A stretch of DNA of 64,000 nt from an uncultured Bacilli bacterium (GCA_934120635.1 CAKOUR010000008.1:2042-66041); one strand, 5' to 3'. Shown: positions 1 through 9,576, counted from the stretch's first letter. Notes: generated by a model not told the origin, from the letters alone. A program made the numbers and translations.

Positions 1-552
1 GTGCAAACTTTTTCTTAATTTAACTTCTTTTTCTTTATTTTGTTGAATAATTTTTTTGGTTGTTTCAGTTGATGCTTTATTATAATTAAAGATACTAATA
101 TAATGAAGAACGTAGGCATCTATTTTAGATAAATTATTATAATCCGAATTTTTTTCCTGAATATAATTTTTAATTTCTGATGAGGACAAGTTTTTTAGTT
201 CAGCTAAAAGTATCTTTGCTTGGTTTAATTCTTTTTCATTCATTTTGCTTTCCATCAACTCTTCAATAGAATGATTTATCATATAGTGATATACCAAATC
301 ATGTTCTAGTTCTGTACATTCTTTATTTTGGTATTTGAAAAATAATTCAGCCATTTTTACTTGTTCAAATTGTTCTTTATATTCCTTTAGTTCTTCTAGG
401 GACATGTTTTCAATATTTTTATGAGAAGTACTTCTTTCATTTGGATAAAGTAGCCATTTTATCCATTCTTCTAAAGGCAAAATACAGCATCCATTTATTC
501 CTTTAACGACATAAAGTAACTTTTTTTGATTTTGATTATTCAATTTCATCAT
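1..552 (-). CDS. Hypothetical protein; N-terminal part only, 3' end outside the window
   Basis: I translated this from the reverse strand; it is not in the ORF track because it has no stop in the window. ATGATG start at 552/549 is preceded by GGAGGA. It stays open to position 1 (MMKLNNQNQKKLLYVVKGINGCC...). Confidence 0.5.
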   Translation of the reverse strand, partial: MMKLNNQNQKKLLYVVKGINGCCILPLEEWIKWLLYPNERSTSHKNIENMSLEELKEYKEQFEQVKMAELFFKYQNKECTELEHDLVYHYMINHSIEELMESKMNEKELNQAKILLAELKNLSSSEIKNYIQEKNSDYNNLSKIDAYVLHYISIFNYNKASTETTKKIIQQNKEKEVKLRKSLH

Positions 553-658
553 GTATCCTCCAATCTATCGGTATTATAGCATATTTTGAAAATATTTTAG
601 TTTTTGATTGAAAAAATACTTAAAAATCTTTTTCTCAATAAAGTTTATTTAACTTAGA

Positions 659-682
659 GAAAAGTACTTATTAAGTATTTTA
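659..682 (-). terminator. Weak AT-rich hairpin downstream of cadA
   Basis: AAAAGTACTT / AAGTATTTT imperfect inverted repeat just past the cadA stop (691), with a T-run on the minus strand. Confidence 0.35.
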
Positions 683-690
683 TTCCTATA

Positions 691-2730
691 CTATTTATAT
701 TTTTTCATGATTCTTAATGTATTAATTACCGTTAATAAAGTAACGCCAGTATCAGCAAATACTGCTAACCACATATTTACAAATCCAAACACACTAAGGA
801 GTAAAATAATTGCTTTTACCATAAGAGCGAAGATTAAATTTTCTTGAATAATTTTTTTGGTGTATTTTGAAATATCAATAGCAAGAGGAATTTTAGTTAA
901 ATCATCTTTCATTAGGACAATATCACTGGCTTCTATTGCTGAGTCACTGCCAACTCCTCCCATAGAAATTCCAATATCAGCTCTTTTTAAAACAGGGGCA
1001 TCATTAATTCCGTCTCCTACAAAGATAGTGATTTTTCCTTCTTTACTAACTTGTTCGAAATGTTCAAATTTATCTGTTGGAAGCATTTCTGTATAAATTT
1101 CATCTATTGCAAGTTTTTTTCCAATTTCTTCTGATACTTCCTTTTTATCTCCAGTAAACATATAAGTTTTAATCCTGTAGGATTTTAGTTTTTTGATGAC
1201 TTCTTCTGCATTTTCTTTAATTCCATCATCAATGGTAACAGACGCTACATGCTCTCCATCAATATTTAAGTGAAGCATTGCTTCTTCTTTGCAATTACAA
1301 AGTTTTTTATTGCCGATAAATATTTTTTTATTATCTAAAGTAAATTCAATTCCTTTTCCAGCATTTTCTTTAAAATCTAAGATATCTTTATTATCTACTT
1401 TTTCCTTTTTTAAATTTAGAATAGATTTTGCAATTGGATGATTGGAGAATGATTCTCCTTTTCTTAAAATATCAACAACCTCATCATAAGAATACTTATT
1501 TTTAAATTTATCCATAATTTCAATTGAAGATACTTTAAATGAACCATTGGTTAAGGTTCCTGTTTTATCAAAGATGATATGACTTACATTGCTTAAATTA
1601 TCTAGATAATTGCTTCCTTTAATTAAAATTCCTTTCTTACTAGCAACCCCTATTCCTGTAAAATAAGATAAGGGTACAGAAATAGCAATTGCACAAGGAC
1701 AAGAAATAACTAGAAAGGTAAGTCCTCGATAAATGCCTTCTTTTATAGAAAGATGAAAAATAAGTGGTAATAAAATCATAACTAGTATTGCTGTGATAAT
1801 GACAAATGGCGTATAAATTTTACTAATTTTAGAAACTAATGTTTCTGTTTTGGTTTTTTTATCCGTAGCACTTTCTAGTAAGTTTAGGATTTTGGAAACT
1901 GTAGAGTCTGAAAACAATGATGTTGCTTTCATCTCAATAATATTCCCTAAGTTAATGCTTCCGGATAGAATTTCAGTTCCTTCTTTGATAGATACTTCTT
2001 CGCTTTCACCTGTTAAGGCTGAGGTATCTAGTTTGCTTTCTCCTTTGGTAACGATTCCATCAACGGGAATTTTTTCTCCTTTCTTGACAATTAAAATATC
2101 ATTTATTTTTACTTCTTCAACGGGAATTTTTTCGATTTCTTCTTTATTTTTTCTATTTACATAATCCTCTTTTATGTTTAATAAGTTTTTTATTGAATTT
2201 CTAGAATTATTGATTGCTTTTTCTTCTAGTATTTTTCCAATTGTATATAAAGAAATAACCATCATTCCTTCTAATACTTCTCCAATACATAAAGCACCAA
2301 TACAAGATATTGTCATTAAGGCATTTTCATTTATTCCATTTCCTTTTCGTAATAGCTTTAAAGCGTTTATACTCGTTCGATATAATAAAATAGTATAAGA
2401 AACTAGATAAAAAATCCATTTAATTATTTTAGGAAGTGGGATAAAGTAACCAATTAATCCAATAGATAAACCTATGATAAGGCTTGAAAGATGAAATTCT
2501 TTCTTATTATCTTCTTTAGTCTCCGTAATATAAGCCTCTGGCTCTACTTTTTGAATGAATTCATTTAATTCTTCTATACTGTAGTTTTTTTCTGATTCAT
2601 AAGAAATTTTACAAGTATTAAAATTGACAATGGCATGATTAAAATTATCATTTTTATTTAATGCTTCTTCTACTTCTCTAGCACAATCAGCACAGTCTAA
2701 GTTGTTGATATGATATTGATATTTACGCAT
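691..2730 (-). CDS. cadA: Heavy-metal (Cd/Zn/Co-type) P1B-type ATPase
   Basis: N-terminal HMA domain with CADC. Transmembrane CPC motif (SCPCAIAISVP), DKTGTLT phosphorylation site and GDGINDAP hinge. 679 aa. Confidence 0.9.
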   Translation of the reverse strand: MRKYQYHINNLDCADCAREVEEALNKNDNFNHAIVNFNTCKISYESEKNYSIEELNEFIQKVEPEAYITETKEDNKKEFHLSSLIIGLSIGLIGYFIPLPKIIKWIFYLVSYTILLYRTSINALKLLRKGNGINENALMTISCIGALCIGEVLEGMMVISLYTIGKILEEKAINNSRNSIKNLLNIKEDYVNRKNKEEIEKIPVEEVKINDILIVKKGEKIPVDGIVTKGESKLDTSALTGESEEVSIKEGTEILSGSINLGNIIEMKATSLFSDSTVSKILNLLESATDKKTKTETLVSKISKIYTPFVIITAILVMILLPLIFHLSIKEGIYRGLTFLVISCPCAIAISVPLSYFTGIGVASKKGILIKGSNYLDNLSNVSHIIFDKTGTLTNGSFKVSSIEIMDKFKNKYSYDEVVDILRKGESFSNHPIAKSILNLKKEKVDNKDILDFKENAGKGIEFTLDNKKIFIGNKKLCNCKEEAMLHLNIDGEHVASVTIDDGIKENAEEVIKKLKSYRIKTYMFTGDKKEVSEEIGKKLAIDEIYTEMLPTDKFEHFEQVSKEGKITIFVGDGINDAPVLKRADIGISMGGVGSDSAIEASDIVLMKDDLTKIPLAIDISKYTKKIIQENLIFALMVKAIILLLSVFGFVNMWLAVFADTGVTLLTVINTLRIMKKYK

Positions 2731-3103
2731 AATCTTCTCCTTTCAATTTATGGTTAATATGTTCTAGTCCAATTTCATATAAACGACTGATATGTTCATC
2801 ATCTAGGGTATAATAAACTTCCTTACCATTTCTTCTAAATCGTACAATGCCTGCTTCTCTTAAGATGGCTAATTGATGAGAGATGGATGACTTTGTCATA
2901 TTTAGAACATTAGCAATATCACAAACACACATCTCATGATGATCTAATATCCATAAAATTTTTGTTCTTGTACTATCCCCTAATATTTTGAAAAGTGTTG
3001 TTAAATTTTCTAATTCTTTTTCTTTTGGTTTATTTTTTAAAGCAATATTAACAGCATTTTGATGAATGATATTACAGTCACACATTAATTCTTTTCTTTC
3101 CAT
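2723..3103 (-). CDS. cadC: ArsR/SmtB-family metalloregulator, CadC-like
   Basis: N-terminal Cys pair (MCDC), CVC in the EMCVCDIA helix, and winged HTH SSISHQLAILREAGIV. The stop overlaps the cadA start (ATGCGTAA). Confidence 0.85.
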   Translation of the reverse strand: MERKELMCDCNIIHQNAVNIALKNKPKEKELENLTTLFKILGDSTRTKILWILDHHEMCVCDIANVLNMTKSSISHQLAILREAGIVRFRRNGKEVYYTLDDEHISRLYEIGLEHINHKLKGEDYA

Positions 3104-3129
3104 TCTTTCCTCCTTACTTAACTATATTC

Positions 3130-3159
3130 ATTATAGTTGAATGATTATTCAATTGTCAA
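3130..3159 (-). promoter_or_regulatory. cadCA promoter with embedded palindromic operator
   Basis: On the minus strand: TTGACA (3159-3154), 18 nt spacer, TATAAT (3135-3130). The spacer holds a perfect inverted repeat TTGAAT-N4-ATTCAA (3137-3152), as expected for an ArsR/SmtB operator. Confidence 0.55.
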
Positions 3160-3239
3160 GAGTTAAATGAAGCAAATATTCTCCTTCAGTATTTTTATTA
3201 CAAAGAAAAAAAGTAGAATATTTCATCTACTTAAAGTAC

Positions 3240-3644
3240 TTATTTTTCTTCATTATTTAGTATAAAGTTTATTTTTTCATTTAATACAATACTAAATTCT
3301 TCTTCATCTATTGTATTACACCAAAAATCTAGGAGATAAAACTCATTGTCTATTCGTTCTAAAAAACATTGATATGTTCCATAAATTAGAGAAATCCATC
3401 CTTTACTATCATTATATATAATATCTGTTACATACTTAGATATATCTTTTTTATCATTCATTTTTAATTCTTTAATCCATTTTTTATCATACACTAGTTC
3501 TAATCCTAATTCAAAATCATCTAATATAAAAGTAATATATGGTGCTTTACCTGACCTTTTTTTACCATTTTGTTTTGCTTGATAATCTCCAAAAGATACT
3601 TGATATGAAAGTTTACTATACATCTTGTTATTTAATTTAATCAT
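3240..3644 (-). CDS. Hypothetical protein (134 aa)
   Basis: Long ORF 5 nt downstream of the preceding ORF. No recognisable motif. Confidence 0.5.
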   Translation of the reverse strand: MIKLNNKMYSKLSYQVSFGDYQAKQNGKKRSGKAPYITFILDDFELGLELVYDKKWIKELKMNDKKDISKYVTDIIYNDSKGWISLIYGTYQCFLERIDNEFYLLDFWCNTIDEEEFSIVLNEKINFILNNEEK

Positions 3645-3649
3645 ATTTA

Positions 3650-4078
3650 CTATATTCCCTTTATTAATTTTTCTAATTCAGTTTCATTCATTATATTTTT
3701 ATTATAATTAATTACTATCTTAAATGTTTCTTCATTATTTATATACACTTTATTGATACCATTTATAGATAATAAATTTTCAATAAAACTATACAAACAA
3801 TATTCACAGCACAAATCATTTAAATATCTTTCATACTTACCGTTATCTTCTTCTAATTGTTTATTAAAATAATAAAGACTAGGAATATTTGAAGTTTTAG
3901 TAAATTTTTTAATTTTATTAATAATCATTTGAGGACTAATATTTTTTGTATACTCAATAGTTATTTTTTCACTATTACTATTTATCTTTTTTATTTCTTT
4001 TAATGATAGTAAATATCTTTGTAGTTCTTTATTATCAAAACAACAATCATTCATTTTTAATGTAATTTTATTATTCAT
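3650..4078 (-). CDS. Hypothetical Cys-rich protein with two ~70-aa halves that resemble HMA/ferredoxin-like folds
   Basis: NDCCFDN in the first half and DLCCEYC in the second. Each is followed by an ...GI..V.IN....KIVINY... pattern like a beta-alpha-beta-beta-alpha-beta metal-binding domain. This is inference only. Confidence 0.45.
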   Translation of the reverse strand: MNNKITLKMNDCCFDNKELQRYLLSLKEIKKINSNSEKITIEYTKNISPQMIINKIKKFTKTSNIPSLYYFNKQLEEDNGKYERYLNDLCCEYCLYSFIENLLSINGINKVYINNEETFKIVINYNKNIMNETELEKLIKGI

Positions 4079-4217
4079 AATATTTTCTTTATGTTCCTTT
4101 CAAATAAATTATACCAGATTTTGTTTCTTGTAGTTGAATAATAGATAGTTTTAGAGATGTTTAGTTTATTATTATATTGTAGGTACTTTATCCACATATT
4201 TTTCTTTAGTCTTTGTT

Positions 4218-5375
4218 TCAATTTTGTCTTTTTCTACAATAACCTTTTTCATGGTCTTTTGAATAGCTGCCAATTTCTTTACTTAACTCTAATAATACTT
4301 GATCTGGTAAATTAATGTTAGAAAAATCAGGTTTTTTATCTTTGGGTAAGGTATTTTTAATAATAATCTTTAGATTATTTAATCCTATATTATAATCTAT
4401 ACAAAGTTGTTTATATATTCCATATGAAATAATACCTGATTCTAATTCAAGTAAATGTCTTACTAAGCTCATATCTAAAATATCCATGACATCTTGTACT
4501 TTGTATTCTTTTATGAAATCTATTTCTTTTTTGTTGCAAATTTTTTCTCTAATTAACCCTCTTATTGATTTTGCAAGAGATTGTAAGTAATTATCTTTCA
4601 TCATTCTTAATTTTTGTACTTCCCCATATTTAACGCCAATACTTTCTAGATAATCTATAAATAAATAATCTATTGCATATGTTGGGATTTCATGAAATCC
4701 ATAATATGTTTCATTTGGAATTTTTGGCTTAAAATAAAAATCAATACAATGCATTATTTCGTGGTTAAAGGCTTGAAAATCAATAATTAAGTTATTTCTT
4801 TTTATGGTACAAAAAGCTTTTCCATAAATATAATCGCAAAATGTTATTCCAGCGGCATTACTATATAATCTTGAATATGTATTTGAAAAATTGATGTTTT
4901 CTTTATCGTTAAAAGTTTTTAATGCCATTTGATAGATATCATTATCTTTTAAATTTTGATAAAATTGTTTTGATATATTTAATAATGTTACATTACTTGA
5001 TGGAAAAAAATCAAAATTAAAGTTTTCATTTGGAGTTATTGCTGGCTCTGTATTAATAACATTTTCCACAATATCTAATAAAAATTCTAGATAAGTTTTA
5101 TCCATATAATAATCAGTGTTGGTAATTATTTTTTCAAAATTACCTGTATATTTGGCACTTGGTCTGTTTAAAGAAAATTTTCCTTTAGATAAAACATCTA
5201 GAATATTATACATTTTAGTATTTTTGATAGTTCCACAGTTATCAATCATACTTATATATGAACCTAGAGTTATTTCTAATATTTCTTTTCTACCTTTATC
5301 AGTGCAAGTTTTAAGTTCATCTAATATTTGTTTTTTTTGGGTTTTTAGTTTTGTTATATTCCACACATTTATCAC
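4218..5375 (-). CDS. Putative zinc metallopeptidase (HExxH; M3/PepF-like core)
   Basis: FNHEIMHCIDF (HExxH) followed ~25 aa later by GFHEIPTYAIDYL, a candidate third ligand Glu. 385 aa. Confidence 0.5.
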   Translation of the reverse strand: MINVWNITKLKTQKKQILDELKTCTDKGRKEILEITLGSYISMIDNCGTIKNTKMYNILDVLSKGKFSLNRPSAKYTGNFEKIITNTDYYMDKTYLEFLLDIVENVINTEPAITPNENFNFDFFPSSNVTLLNISKQFYQNLKDNDIYQMALKTFNDKENINFSNTYSRLYSNAAGITFCDYIYGKAFCTIKRNNLIIDFQAFNHEIMHCIDFYFKPKIPNETYYGFHEIPTYAIDYLFIDYLESIGVKYGEVQKLRMMKDNYLQSLAKSIRGLIREKICNKKEIDFIKEYKVQDVMDILDMSLVRHLLELESGIISYGIYKQLCIDYNIGLNNLKIIIKNTLPKDKKPDFSNINLPDQVLLELSKEIGSYSKDHEKGYCRKRQN

Positions 5376-5467
5376 TTCTTCTGACTTTCATTTTTATGTA
5401 TTACCGTTATTAATTTTCTTATACTTTTTATGATTTTTGATTTAAGTATTTTTTATTTAAAATGTTA

Positions 5468-6016
5468 CTACTTCCAATCCCTATCTTTATTAAATTGTAA
5501 TTTTTTTTGTCTTATTAATTTTTTTGCATTTTCATCTTCTTTTTTATCAATATAATATAGGGAAGTATATTTTTCTTCAAATAATTTCATTTGATCTCTG
5601 TTATATGGTTCAAAATATAGGAATTCTATGATATTATCACTATTAATAAATCTTCTTGGTAAGCGATATTCTATTCTATAGTCTATATAGTTTCCTACAC
5701 CAATGTATTGATTTAAAATATTTTCATCAATGTTACATACCATAATATAATTTTCTTCGTCAGTGTTATGACAAAATTCTAAGACTGCTTGTAAATATTT
5801 AGCTAAAAAAATATATTGTTGGTAAAAGCAGTTTTCAGATATATATCTTTTAAAAATATGAAGAGGAGCATCATACAATTCTTTTGGTACATAATCAAAA
5901 GTATTTTCTCCTCCAGCACGAGCTTCTTTATATGGTATTTTTTCATAAATAATTGGCTCATTATTTTTTAATTTTTCTACTTGTTCTTTAGTAAATCCCC
6001 CATGAAATACTATCAT
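5468..6016 (-). CDS. Hypothetical protein (182 aa from MIVFHGG)
   Basis: ORF with internal ATG at 6016 preceded by GGAGAA. The track's upstream extension lacks an RBS. Confidence 0.5.
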   Translation of the reverse strand: MIVFHGGFTKEQVEKLKNNEPIIYEKIPYKEARAGGENTFDYVPKELYDAPLHIFKRYISENCFYQQYIFLAKYLQAVLEFCHNTDEENYIMVCNIDENILNQYIGVGNYIDYRIEYRLPRRFINSDNIIEFLYFEPYNRDQMKLFEEKYTSLYYIDKKEDENAKKLIRQKKLQFNKDRDWK

Positions 6017-6110
6017 CTTTATTCTCCGTTCTTTAATGTTGATTTTATGATAAAAAAGACTACTAATAAAATACAATAATTATGCACTATTTTTAGTAGT
6101 CTCAACAAAT

Positions 6111-6785
6111 CTATTTTATTTTTCTTTTTCGTTTCATGTCATAAATCATATTATCAAATTCTGCTATACTTTGAATTTCATATCTCATTTCTTGTAATCC
6201 TTCTTTAAAAGAGCTATCACTAAGTTGCTTTACTTCTTCTAAAGATTTAATAAACTCCTTTCGATGAGGTAAAGTTTCTTCAATATATATTGCTTTTAGT
6301 TTATCATTCACTACAAGTGTGTTGTTTTCTATTTGGGATATAACCAAATTTTCTTTTGAATATTTCTTTATCTTGTCTTGAAATTCTTTTAATGAGTCAA
6401 CTTGGCAAAAATTTAAATTATATTCTTCAGGTACCACCCAAAATACTTTACCTGATAATAATTCTTGTATACGATTATCGTTTAATTTTTGAAATATTAA
6501 TGGTTTGAATCTATCCTCTTTCAGTAAGAAATCTTTAGTACTCAATACATTTATGTTTCTTCCACATATTACATTTATAAAGTTACCATATGTATTATAG
6601 CTGTATTCAGGAGTTAAATAATATATATTGATTTGATTGGGCATTAATCCAAATAACATTCCCTCTTCAAGTTCACAAATATTTGATATATCATATTTCA
6701 ATAAAAAATCTTGGTATTCTTTATTAATATCAAAGTATATATTAACATCATTTATTGTATATGTTTTATCTTTTTTTTCAGCCAT
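6111..6785 (-). CDS. Hypothetical protein (224 aa from MAEKKDK)
   Basis: ATG at 6785 preceded by GGAGG. The upstream extension of the track ORF is unlikely. Confidence 0.5.
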   Translation of the reverse strand: MAEKKDKTYTINDVNIYFDINKEYQDFLLKYDISNICELEEGMLFGLMPNQINIYYLTPEYSYNTYGNFINVICGRNINVLSTKDFLLKEDRFKPLIFQKLNDNRIQELLSGKVFWVVPEEYNLNFCQVDSLKEFQDKIKKYSKENLVISQIENNTLVVNDKLKAIYIEETLPHRKEFIKSLEEVKQLSDSSFKEGLQEMRYEIQSIAEFDNMIYDMKRKRKIK

Positions 6786-6921
6786 AACAAACCTCCAATT
6801 CACTTGTAGTATAATACTGAGAGTGAGAAAAATCAAGTGCTTTTTACAAAAAGTTAATTTTTGTTTCATTTTTAAATTAAAATTTAATGGATGCTGGTCT
6901 TGATCAGTATTTTAATCACTT

Positions 6922-6957
6922 AAAAAGTAGACCTCTAGTTTATGTTTGTCTACTTTT
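6922..6957 (-). terminator. Rho-independent terminator after the ABC remnant
   Basis: 10-bp stem AAAAGTAGAC / GTCTACTTTT with a 15-nt loop and a T-run on the minus strand. Confidence 0.5.
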
Positions 6958-6968
6958 ATCATATCACT

Positions 6969-7233
6969 TTATCTACTTACTTTCTTTAATTCATATACTT
7001 CATCTACCATTTCACATACTTCTTTGGAGTGTGTTACAATAATGATACACTTCTTTTCTTCATGAGCTAGTTTTTTAAAGATATCTAATATTTCTTTTTT
7101 GGTTTCTTTATCTAGGTTACCTGTTGGTTCATCGGCGATAATCATTTTTGGACAGTAAGATAAACTTCTAGCGATAGCTACTCTTTGTTGTTCTCCTCCT
7201 GATAGTTTTAATATTTTTCTTCTTTTAAAACAC
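6969..7233 (-). pseudogene. 3' remnant of an ABC-transporter ATP-binding gene; Walker A and Q-loop missing
   Basis: Reverse translation gives ..KLSGGEQQRVAIARSLSYCPKMIIADEPTGNLDKETKKEILDIFKKLAHEEKKCIIIVTHSKEV..*. That covers the signature motif, Walker B and H-loop only. An in-frame stop sits immediately upstream at 7234-7236. Confidence 0.75.
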
Positions 7234-7325
7234 TTATAGAGATTTGTTTTTAATATTATTTTATTTGTGGTATTTTTTCTTTTATTTTTAATACTATTAA
7301 TTATGGTAAAGGAGATAAGTAATTA

Positions 7326-7481
7326 ATGTCTAAAAAAGATATTTGTTATATTTATTCAGAAGAGTTTATTTTTTCTTCAAATAATTTATCTGAAGAAAAA
7401 ATAAGAGAATTATTTAATCAAAAGATGTATTCTATAATTTTGAAAATAGAGGATTATAATGCTTTAGAGGATGATGAGTAA
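7326..7481 (+). CDS. Small ORF (51 aa) overlapping the recombinase start
   Basis: AAGGAGA RBS 7 nt before the ATG. It ends ...ALEDDE* and overlaps the recombinase ATG by 11 nt. Function unknown. Confidence 0.35.
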   Translation: MSKKDICYIYSEEFIFSSNNLSEEKIRELFNQKMYSIILKIEDYNALEDDE

Positions 7482-9576
7482 AAAAATGAATGTAAATACA
7501 AAAAATAGTAAAAAGAGATTAAGGGTAGTTTTATATTTACGATTATCTAAAGAAGATTTGTATAAATTAAGTCCATCTGAGAAATCTCAAAGTATTAAAA
7601 ATCAAGAGATAATACTTAGAACTTATGCGTTAGAAAATGGATGGAATATTGTTGGGGTTTTTGATGATGAAGATTATTCTGGTTCTGATCGAGAAAGACC
7701 TAATTTTAATAAAATGATTAATGAATGTAAAGAAGGGAATGTTGATATTGTTTTAGTAAAAACACAGGCTAGATTTGCTCGTGATATTGAACTGGTGAAT
7801 GAATATGTTCATAATAAGTTCAGGCAATGGAATGTTAGATTTGTTACTTATATTGAAAAAATTGATAATACTAAAGATGAAACTAAGAAGACAAGTCAGA
7901 TTATTGCGATGAAAGATGAATGGCTTCTTGAAGATACTTCTAAAAATATTAGGGAAACTTTAAAATCAAAAAGAGCAAAAGGGCAATTTACGGGAAGTTT
8001 TGCCCCTTATGGTTATATAAAAGATAGGGAAAATAAAAATCATTTATTGATTGATCCGATAGCGTCTTTAAATATAATTAGGATATTTGAAGAATATAAT
8101 ATGGGATATGGAATGGATAAAATTGCTAATAGATTATCTAGAGATAATATTTTAAGTCCTTTAGAGTATAAGATATTTAATGGGAGTAAAATTAAAATTC
8201 CTATAAAAAGAAAAGATTATGTTAATTATATTAATAAAGCAGGTACTTATGTTATTGATATTAATTATACAAATAATCAGAAGAAAATATTAAAAAATAT
8301 AACTACTATTGAAGTTATTTCTAATGCGTTATTATTTAATAATACTTTTAATATAAGACTTTTAAAAAAGAAAAATAGTAAAATTAAAATTTATTATTCA
8401 ATAAAGGATTTAAATAAGTTAGATATTATTATTGATAATGGTAAATATTTATTTAAAAATAAACCAAATTTTAATAATGATGATTGTTGGAAGGAATTTA
8501 AATTAAATGATACACTGCCTAAAGATGTTACTTGTATTGCTACTTATATAATGGACTTAGATAGAATGCATAATATTTTTTATAGTTTTGAAATTACATT
8601 AAAAGAGAATAGGAATCATTTAAAATATTATTATTATATATTTGCTTATGCTGATTATTATAATACTCATTTAAATTATCATATTAAAGTTAGAAATAAA
8701 TACAATTGGAGTGCTACTACTATTAGAAAAATATTATTTGATGAGGTATATATTGGAAATTTGGTACAGTTTAAGACTACTACTGTCAGTTATAAAAATC
8801 ATACTCTTATTTATAATAATAGTGATGAACAAATAAGAGTAGAAAATACTCATGAGGCTATTATTAATTTAAGGTTATGGAATGCAGTTCAAATAAAATT
8901 ATCTCATAATAAAAGATGTTGTAAAGGTGGAAAAGTTCATTTATTATCTAATAAAGTTTACTGTCAATGCTGTCAAAAAATATTTTATAAATGTGGAAAG
9001 AACATAGATGGTATGGGATATTTATGTTGTAAAGATAAGTTAACTAGTTGGTCTAATTGTGATAATAAAAAATGGATTAATGAAAGGTTTTTACATGAAT
9101 ATATTTTACAAAAGTTTAATATTTTATTAGATAAATATTATTCTATAAATAAACAGATTAAATATGATAATTCTTTTGTTGAAAATAATTTATTTCAAGA
9201 AAAAATTAAAGTTTTACTTAAAGAAAAGAAAGATATTAGTTTTGAGTTAGATAATAAAAAAGGGTATTTTAAAACTTTATATGTGGATTTTAAAAATGGT
9301 ATTCTAAATAAAAAACAATACTTTTATTTAAAGGAAGAAGATGAGGTAGAAATGAAACGATTGGAACAAAGATTAAAAATTATTGAAAGAAATTTGAAAA
9401 GTATTTATAAAGAAAAAAATGAGAGAAAAAATAGATATTTCTTATTTAATAAATATAAAGAAATCAATACTTTAAATAGTTTTATTGTAGATAATTTTAT
9501 CGATAAGATTATTATAGGGAAATATGATTTAATAACGAATAGTCGTAATATTAAAATTATTTGGAATTTTTTATAA
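7471..9576 (+). CDS. Large serine recombinase (701 aa)
   Basis: N-terminal resolvase-type catalytic domain (VVLYLRLSKED..., DIVLVKTQARFARD). Recombinase domain (APYGYIKD, WSATTIRKILFDEVYIGNLV). Cys-rich zinc-ribbon (CQCCQKIFYKCGK...CCKDK...C). C-terminal coiled coil. Confidence 0.9.
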   Translation: MMSKKMNVNTKNSKKRLRVVLYLRLSKEDLYKLSPSEKSQSIKNQEIILRTYALENGWNIVGVFDDEDYSGSDRERPNFNKMINECKEGNVDIVLVKTQARFARDIELVNEYVHNKFRQWNVRFVTYIEKIDNTKDETKKTSQIIAMKDEWLLEDTSKNIRETLKSKRAKGQFTGSFAPYGYIKDRENKNHLLIDPIASLNIIRIFEEYNMGYGMDKIANRLSRDNILSPLEYKIFNGSKIKIPIKRKDYVNYINKAGTYVIDINYTNNQKKILKNITTIEVISNALLFNNTFNIRLLKKKNSKIKIYYSIKDLNKLDIIIDNGKYLFKNKPNFNNDDCWKEFKLNDTLPKDVTCIATYIMDLDRMHNIFYSFEITLKENRNHLKYYYYIFAYADYYNTHLNYHIKVRNKYNWSATTIRKILFDEVYIGNLVQFKTTTVSYKNHTLIYNNSDEQIRVENTHEAIINLRLWNAVQIKLSHNKRCCKGGKVHLLSNKVYCQCCQKIFYKCGKNIDGMGYLCCKDKLTSWSNCDNKKWINERFLHEYILQKFNILLDKYYSINKQIKYDNSFVENNLFQEKIKVLLKEKKDISFELDNKKGYFKTLYVDFKNGILNKKQYFYLKEEDEVEMKRLEQRLKIIERNLKSIYKEKNERKNRYFLFNKYKEINTLNSFIVDNFIDKIIIGKYDLITNSRNIKIIWNFL

